A stretch of DNA of 63,379 nt, the filler included. It is 9 parts of 9 records of this genome, joined end to end, with 100 filler letters (N's around TTAATTAATTAA, not from the genome) between each part and the next. Parts side by side here need not be neighbours in the genome. Positions count along the whole stretch, not along the records: positions 57,882 to 63,379 come from SRR31147125_26626; 8 more parts are not named here. One strand, given 5' to 3'. Position 1 is the first letter of the stretch; each line of letters begins with the position of its first letter. The notes under the pieces were generated by a model, which was not told where the DNA came from, searched no databases, and was given only the letters and a program-made list of their open reading frames with translations. A program made the translations under genes and the position numbers. This document shows positions 57,782 to 63,379 of this stretch, piece after piece.

Positions 57782-57881
57782 NNNNNNNNNNNNNNNNNNN
57801 NNNNNNNNNNNNNNNNNNNNNNNNNTTAATTAATTAANNNNNNNNNNNNNNNNNNNNNNNNNNNNNNNNNNNNNNNNNNNN

Positions 57882-57915
57882 TTTATTACCAACATGGTTG
57901 GTTATAGACTGATAC
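57882..57915 (-). CRISPR. First (leader-proximal) direct repeat of a type VI CRISPR array, cut off by the contig end
   Basis: Minus strand GTATCAGTCTATAACCAACCATGTTGGTAATAAA: 34 nt visible, stem ACCAAC/GTTGGT. Adding AC would give a 36-nt repeat ending AAAAC, as in Cas13 repeats. It lies 190 nt downstream of cas13 on the same strand. Only one copy is visible. Confidence 0.65.
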
Positions 57916-58104
57916 CCTATTTTATACCTTTTAGCCCTTTAAAATCAATATCTATTTTTGCCAATCTGTCGACCTCTGTCAAATTCTTATATTTCTAAAT
58001 AAAATTTCAAGCGTTATTTTCTAAACTGAGTAATTAGTAAGTCTCTAGCATCTGTCGACCCATAGGGATTTTTACGCTATCTAGGGTCGACAGATAATTT
58101 TAAA
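57916..58104 (-). promoter_or_regulatory. Putative CRISPR leader
   Basis: AT-rich non-coding stretch between the cas13 stop and the repeat; 12-bp inverted repeat at 58050-58061/58084-58095 and a third ATCTGTCGACC copy at 57964-57974. Confidence 0.65.
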
Positions 58105-60762
58105 TTATTTTACCTCTTCCATCTCTTTTCTCTTACGCTCGTTTCCTTTTATTATTTCATTGACTATTCTTTTCTCATTTTCTAATAGTCCTATTTTTTC
58201 AAGTAAAAACTTATTTATAACTTCATAACTTTTCATTTTATAAGCAACGTAGTAGCTGTTTGGATTATCGCTATCTTTAAGTATTTTTTGTATATTAGTA
58301 CTTTTATTTTTATCTGCTTCGTCATTACTTTCTAACCTTTTTCTTAATTGAGTAATTTTCATAGAGAAGTCATTTAGAATATCAAAATCCAAAACCCGAT
58401 TTTTTTCGAATTCTGTTTTAATAAATTCAAATATTTCTTTTCTTGTACCAGAAACAGCTTTTCCCATCCCATTTTTAACTTTTTTATTTTCATTTTTATA
58501 CATAAATCCATATAGTAATTCATCATAATTCAAATGAGCTATTGAATTTCTAAGTCCCAAAGGAATCCAGTTTATATTCAAAATATTTTTTATTGCATTT
58601 AAGAAGCTAAAATATTCTATAATTTTTATTTCAATAATCTTTTTAGTTTTTTTATCTCTTTTAACATTCTCTCTTAATTTTTCATCTTGAATTATTTCTT
58701 CTAATATTCTATTTTTCCCACTTTTATTATCATATGTCAATAGACAATTCATCTCAAAATCATTTAACAACTTAAATAGTATAGAGTAATATTTAAAGAT
58801 TGAAGACAATAACCTTGTTTCAAACTCTTCTTGATTATGAGAAATTTGCAACTCTTTAAATAGTTGCTTATTTTCCTTAACAAAAGTTTTTGATAAAGAA
58901 TAATCTAAAATATTAATTTTTCTCATATTTCTTTCAACTATCTTAACTTTTAAAGAAAATCCAATTTCTTGCTCATTTGTTGTCTCATCAATAAAATCCG
59001 TATCAATATGCTTAATGTCATAATTATATTTCTTAATGAATCCTAAAAAATCACCTTTTAACTCTTTAGGAATAAATGTTAATATTAGTAAAATAAACTT
59101 TATACCAAATTCATCTTTCAATAACTCCTCTAGTGATGTTTCCTCTTTATTTTTAAGCTCTTCAATTAAATCTATCTCTTCATTACCTTCATATGAGCAT
59201 TCTAGAAATTTCTTTAAATCATTAAAATAATAACTCTTTTTATCGTCTTTTAAATTCTTAGAAAAATTCTGTTTAAAAAATTCAAAATCTTTGTATTCGC
59301 TAATTATGAATCCAAATGCTAATCTAAATTTAGTTTCAAAATAATTTATTTTGTTTTGCTTAACTACTTCTTTCATCGTCTCTTTTTGACTCTGAATATC
59401 TTTATTTATTTTATTAATCTTCTGTCCATTTTCACTTGAATCTTTTAGTAGCCCTTGTAACTCTGTTATCATTTTTTTATGTTTTACATATTCGTTCTTA
59501 TATTTTCTACATTGGTGAATATCAAAATAATAAAATTCATGTTCATCAATATTTTTTTCCATGTTATTTTCTTTCAGATGTTCTTTTAAGGTAGAATTTT
59601 CGATTCCATCTACAACTAAAAAATCATTAATAAATTTGTTAAATCCTTCTCTATTTATTGCCAAAGAATTATAGAGTTTATGAATAGCTTGTAACTTATA
59701 ATCTTTTCCAAATAATTTTATAGTTTCATCTTCAATATGCTCTATATTTTTAGATATATTTAAATCCTTCACATTTTTTACTACTAAATCTAAAAACTCT
59801 ATCTCATTAAGTTTGTCATATAAAGAGCTATTTTCATTATTTTTAGAAAATATTTTATTTATAAACTCATAATCATAGTGCATTAAAGCATGCCTTAACT
59901 CACTAAATATCTCAACTATTTTTTCAATATCTAACTCTAGCTTTTTATTATTAGATAAATAATTTTTTAAGATTTCTTCATTTACGTTTTGATTAAAACT
60001 TTCTCTAAAGAAATTTATAGTTTTTGCTTTATCTTTCTCATTCAATTTGCTTACATTTAATTTCCATAATTCATTTTGCTTTTTTCCAACTTTTCTAAAA
60101 TACTTATCAATAAAAGAATAAAAAAACATTAAGTTAGAACGATAACTTAAAAATCGTTTAATTTTATAAATTTCCTGACTATCGATCTTATCGCGATTCA
60201 CTCCCGATATCCTATGATATAAATCAATTGTCTCATCAGTTAACAAATTTCTTTCTGTTTGGGTTATTTTTTTATATTCGTCCTTAACTAACTTATATAA
60301 CTCTACTATCACAGTTTTTTTAGTAATTTTATCAGACCTATACTTATAATCCTCTGATTTAGGAATATATTCTTCTTTTGCAACAAGCTCTCCATTATTG
60401 TTTTTGTATTTATAAAATTTCCCTTCTTTTTTTATCAAAGTTACTATATACTTATCTTTTTTACTTTGACTTTCATAGGTTACTTTATATTTTTGAGGTG
60501 GTACCTTAACTGATAAATATAAGTCATTATTAATTTTGAATAATTCGCTAGTACATTCTTTCTTTTTATTATTAACTACTACCTTTTTTAACATAATTTT
60601 ATCGCCTTGAACTACACTTTCAGTTATATCTATTTTAATTAACTTAGCTAATTTTATATTTCTAATTTTGATTTGTTTTACTTTCTCTGTATCAAAGTTA
60701 GAAACAATGATTTTTGGTATCGAATTTCTATTTGATGGATTTTTTACTTTATTTTCACTCAT
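58105..60762 (-). CDS. cas13c: Compact type VI CRISPR effector, Cas13c-like, 885 aa
   Basis: AAGGAG RBS 8 nt before the ATG at 60762; HEPN motifs RHALMH (R290-H295) and RNSIAH (R738-H743); blocks NRNSIPKIIVSNFD, IYKIKRFLSYRSN, GFNKFINDF..DG.EN, ELKGDFLGFIKK..YDIK and FKYY..FKLLND match Fusobacterium Cas13c as I recall it. Confidence 0.9.
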   Translation of the reverse strand: MSENKVKNPSNRNSIPKIIVSNFDTEKVKQIKIRNIKLAKLIKIDITESVVQGDKIMLKKVVVNNKKKECTSELFKINNDLYLSVKVPPQKYKVTYESQSKKDKYIVTLIKKEGKFYKYKNNNGELVAKEEYIPKSEDYKYRSDKITKKTVIVELYKLVKDEYKKITQTERNLLTDETIDLYHRISGVNRDKIDSQEIYKIKRFLSYRSNLMFFYSFIDKYFRKVGKKQNELWKLNVSKLNEKDKAKTINFFRESFNQNVNEEILKNYLSNNKKLELDIEKIVEIFSELRHALMHYDYEFINKIFSKNNENSSLYDKLNEIEFLDLVVKNVKDLNISKNIEHIEDETIKLFGKDYKLQAIHKLYNSLAINREGFNKFINDFLVVDGIENSTLKEHLKENNMEKNIDEHEFYYFDIHQCRKYKNEYVKHKKMITELQGLLKDSSENGQKINKINKDIQSQKETMKEVVKQNKINYFETKFRLAFGFIISEYKDFEFFKQNFSKNLKDDKKSYYFNDLKKFLECSYEGNEEIDLIEELKNKEETSLEELLKDEFGIKFILLILTFIPKELKGDFLGFIKKYNYDIKHIDTDFIDETTNEQEIGFSLKVKIVERNMRKINILDYSLSKTFVKENKQLFKELQISHNQEEFETRLLSSIFKYYSILFKLLNDFEMNCLLTYDNKSGKNRILEEIIQDEKLRENVKRDKKTKKIIEIKIIEYFSFLNAIKNILNINWIPLGLRNSIAHLNYDELLYGFMYKNENKKVKNGMGKAVSGTRKEIFEFIKTEFEKNRVLDFDILNDFSMKITQLRKRLESNDEADKNKSTNIQKILKDSDNPNSYYVAYKMKSYEVINKFLLEKIGLLENEKRIVNEIIKGNERKRKEMEEVK

Positions 60763-60802
60763 ATGCAAGACTCCTTTTAAAATTATCAGCATTCCAATAC
60801 TA

Positions 60803-60833
60803 AGTATACCACAAACATATACATTAGTTTCAA
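60803..60833 (-). promoter_or_regulatory. Candidate cas13 promoter
   Basis: Minus strand TTGAAA, 19-nt spacer, TATACT, with an extended -10 TG motif. Confidence 0.45.
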
Positions 60834-61010
60834 TACCTACCTATATTTCTAAATTTAATGGAGGGGCAGATTCCATATCTGCCCTAGCCAAAACGATCTA
60901 TTTACTCTATGCAAACTATATTAACACCCACCTTTTTGGAAATTCCCCATATAGATGCTATAATTAATATTGAAAACAACATTAATATAGTTAATAACTG
61001 GAGGGATAAT

Positions 61011-61865
61011 ATGCCAAATAAACATTTCGTAAAAAATTCCATAGGAATTTTAAAGGAAGTATTACTTTGCACACCACACCATATAGAGCTACATCCAATT
61101 GATGTAATATCACAGAAGTGGTTAGACGAAGAGCCTGAATTAGATAGAGAGCTGTGTCTAAAGGAACACTCCGCTCTAAAGAAAGCCTATGAAGACAACG
61201 GTGTCAAGGTGGACATAATAGACCCTCAGGAACATCTACCTAGTCAGGTATACGCTAGAGATTTTGGTGCATGTATCAGAGAAGGGGTTATTATTGGGAA
61301 GTTCAAAGAGAGTATTCGAAATAAGGAAACCAAAGAGTATAAAAAGAAAATAGAGGAGATTGGTATACCTATAGTTGCAGAGTGTACAGAAGGGGTTTTC
61401 GAAGGTGGAGACTTCTGGTTCTTAGATGACCACACTTTAGCCATAGGTATCATCGCCAGAACTGATTATACAGGCATTAGAAACATTGGTAAACAGCTTA
61501 AACAATATGGTTACTCTATCATCCCAGTTGAGTGTGACGAAGAATATCTTCATCTTGATATGGTGTTCAATATAGTTGCTGATAAAATCGCTGTAATATG
61601 CAGTGAGGCTCTCCCCGATAAGTTCATTGATGAACTTAATAGAAGAGGTTTCACCCTTATTGATGTGCCAAGAGAGGGCGTATTCAAGCACTACTGTAAC
61701 CTACAAGCACTAGGTAATGGTAAGGTTATCTCTACCAAAGCAAATAAAATAGTTAATGCTGAGATGAAAAAACTCGGACTAGAAGTAATTGAGGTAGATT
61801 TATCTGAAATTCTAAAAAGTGGTGGAGGACCTCACTGTATGACCTTCCCTTTAAAGAGAATATAA
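61011..61865 (+). CDS. Amidinotransferase / dimethylarginine dimethylaminohydrolase family protein
   Basis: GGAGG RBS; VYARD, FEGGD, YLHLD, GGGPHCMT. Confidence 0.88.
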   Translation: MPNKHFVKNSIGILKEVLLCTPHHIELHPIDVISQKWLDEEPELDRELCLKEHSALKKAYEDNGVKVDIIDPQEHLPSQVYARDFGACIREGVIIGKFKESIRNKETKEYKKKIEEIGIPIVAECTEGVFEGGDFWFLDDHTLAIGIIARTDYTGIRNIGKQLKQYGYSIIPVECDEEYLHLDMVFNIVADKIAVICSEALPDKFIDELNRRGFTLIDVPREGVFKHYCNLQALGNGKVISTKANKIVNAEMKKLGLEVIEVDLSEILKSGGGPHCMTFPLKRI

Positions 61866-61940
61866 TAATATTGAGATTTTGTGTATAATAAATAAAATAC
61901 ACAAATGTAATTTCTATTTCTTTCTCTTAAACATACTAAA

Positions 61941-61978
61941 AAAATCCCCTTTATCCAAAAGAGATATAGGGGATTTCA
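61941..61978. terminator. Bidirectional terminator between convergent genes
   Basis: AAATCCCCT..AGGGGATTT hairpin. Confidence 0.6.
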
Positions 61979-61988
61979 TATTTTTAAA

Positions 61989-62387
61989 CTATTTCACAGG
62001 CATAATTAAAGGAAAACCAGCTCTTTGAAGAGCTCCAACTCCACCTTTTAGATTATATACCTCTTTAAATTTTAATTTTTTCATCAAACTAAGTGCATGT
62101 CCACTTCTATTTCCTGATCTACAATATATTACATATTTTTTATCCTTATCAAGAGCGTCCAGTTTATTAGCAAAATCATTTGAATAATAATCTATATTGA
62201 TCGCTCCTTCTACATATCCTCCATTTAGCTCTCCAGGAGTTCTAATATCCAGTATAATTACTTCCTTATCCTTTATCAGCTCCTCAAACTCTTTTACATC
62301 GATATTTTTAAAAATCCCCTTCTGTCCAAAGAAGCCAAAAGCAGAAAATGATATTCCAATCAGAAAAAGCATTACTATGTTTTTCAT
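61989..62387 (-). CDS. Rhodanese-domain protein with signal peptide
   Basis: LDIRTPGE, YCRSGNRS, NLKGG. Confidence 0.88.
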   Translation of the reverse strand: MKNIVMLFLIGISFSAFGFFGQKGIFKNIDVKEFEELIKDKEVIILDIRTPGELNGGYVEGAINIDYYSNDFANKLDALDKDKKYVIYCRSGNRSGHALSLMKKLKFKEVYNLKGGVGALQRAGFPLIMPVK

Positions 62388-62535
62388 TTTCTTATCCTTT
62401 CCAAGAATCATATTGAGTAAAAGCTCAATAAATTCTTAATTTAATTTGTTCAGTTTAATTATAGTATAAAATTTATGAAAAATCAGTTCCAATGTAAAAA
62501 TTCATTACTTTTTATGTAAAAAAACAGTTTTTCCC

Positions 62536-62596
62536 TTGACTCATTATTTTTTTTAAAGTATTATATGAGTGTAAATGCATATGCGTATATACTCAT
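62536..62596 (+). promoter_or_regulatory. ars promoter with putative ArsR operator
   Basis: TTGACT, 17-nt spacer, TATTAT, immediately followed by the imperfect palindrome ATGAGTGTAAATGCAT/ATGCGTATATACTCAT (13/16). Confidence 0.75.
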
Positions 62597-62620
62597 GTAC
62601 GCTTTAGGGAGAGTGATCTA

Positions 62621-62971
62621 ATGACAATTGTTGATTTACTTAAAGGTCTAGCTGATGAGACAAGGATTAGAATATTAAACATAGTTAGTTATGGAGAGCA
62701 TTGTGTATGTGATATTGAGGAGATTCTTAATCTTACTCAATCAAATGCATCTAGGCATCTTAACAAGCTAAAGTCTCTTAAACTTATTGATGCGGAAAAG
62801 AAAGCTCAGTGGGTTTATTATACTCTTAATGAAGCCACTTTAGAGGAGTATCCTTTTATCAGTAGTTTAATTAAAGAGAATTTTGATGAAGAGATGTTTA
62901 AGAGTGATTTAGAGAAAAGAGAGATTTATTTAAAAGAGAAGCATAGCTGCAAGCTTGGGGAAAGTAAGTAA
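62621..62971 (+). CDS. arsR: ArsR/SmtB repressor
   Basis: LADETRIRIL, EHCVCDI, QSNASRHL. Confidence 0.9.
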   Translation: MTIVDLLKGLADETRIRILNIVSYGEHCVCDIEEILNLTQSNASRHLNKLKSLKLIDAEKKAQWVYYTLNEATLEEYPFISSLIKENFDEEMFKSDLEKREIYLKEKHSCKLGESK

Positions 62972-63106
62972 GCGAGCAATCGTGATTGAAGGTGTATGGG
63001 AACGTTTATTAAAAATATTTAAAATTAGTAGTTATTTTAAATACATATTTTTCTAAAAGATTAGAATAAAACTCTCAATCTTAGGAAAATATCTAGAGGA
63101 GGAAAG

Positions 63107-63379
63107 ATGAGTAAGGAACAAGGAATTAGTTTTTTTGAGAGGTATTTAAGTGTGTGGGTAGCTTTATGTATTGTTGTTGGTGTTGCCATAGGTAAGTTTT
63201 TACCTATTGTTCCAGATTTTTTAGGTCAATTTGAATATGCTAAAGTATCTATTCCAATAGCTATTCTTATTTGGATGATGATATTTCCTATGATGCTAAA
63301 GATTGATTTTACTAGTATCGTTCATAATGCAAAACAGCCAAAAGGTTTAACTGTTACTATTGTTACTAACTGGATTATT
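63107..63379 (+). CDS. acr3: ACR3-family arsenite efflux permease (3' truncated)
   Basis: MSKEQGISFFERYLSVWVALCI..IFPMMLKIDF..NW. Confidence 0.9.
   Translation, partial: MSKEQGISFFERYLSVWVALCIVVGVAIGKFLPIVPDFLGQFEYAKVSIPIAILIWMMIFPMMLKIDFTSIVHNAKQPKGLTVTIVTNWII

Noticed and set aside
12423-57881. Eight recurring TTAATTAATTAA motifs within N-runs
   Set aside because: Artificial contig joiners, not biological repeats; no cross-fragment synteny was inferred.
58050-58095. Inverted repeat after cas13 as a CRISPR repeat or IS end
   Set aside because: The copies are inverted, only 11-12 bp long and irregularly spaced, with no transposase; better explained as leader motifs.
60763-60792. ORF-track N-terminal extension of Cas13 (895 aa)
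   Set aside because: The extension spans the AAGGAG RBS; the ATG at 60762 fits the RBS spacing and the recalled Cas13c N-terminus.
61011-63379. Amidinotransferase, rhodanese and arsR-acr3 as possible Cas13 accessory genes
   Set aside because: They have their own promoters and terminators and ordinary metabolic or resistance roles; nothing links them to cas13 beyond proximity.

Overview
This window is not one locus. It is nine unrelated contig fragments joined by identical 100-nt linkers (N44-TTAATTAATTAA-N44), so gene context is valid only within a fragment. Taxon labels are inferred from gene style. (1) 1-12422: AT-rich, Acholeplasmatales/Izemoplasmatales-like; IS3 end, B-repeat S41 peptidase lipoprotein, opp operon. 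(2) 12523-18814: clostridial housekeeping genes (xseB, ispA, rny, methyltransferases). (3) 18915-26876: Desulfuromonadales-like; DmdR-like regulator with acuI-type reductases, an internally deleted IS3, tadA. (4) 26977-33909: truA-rplM-rpsI-argC, a pseudokinase-TPR protein, an L,D-transpeptidase, queA. (5) 34010-39161: hybrid sensor kinase and response regulators. (6) 39262-44437: collagen/HAEG-repeat/peptidase G2 fibre protein, DUF815, DUF1295, EFR1, rpsU. (7) 44538-51393: Bacteroidales PUL tail (susD, GH3, two sulfatases). (8) 51494-57781: LRR lipoprotein and aldo/keto reductase. (9) 57882-63379: Fusobacteriaceae-like. The main finding is in fragment 9: a compact (~885 aa) Cas13c-like type VI CRISPR effector with two intact HEPN R-X4-H motifs. 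It is followed by a leader carrying three ATCTGTCGACC elements and a first CRISPR repeat cut off at the contig end, with no cas1/cas2 on the visible side. Many genes carry single-base frameshifts, mostly at homopolymers, which are probably sequencing errors. Family assignments come from recognised motifs and recall of known proteins; no database search was run.
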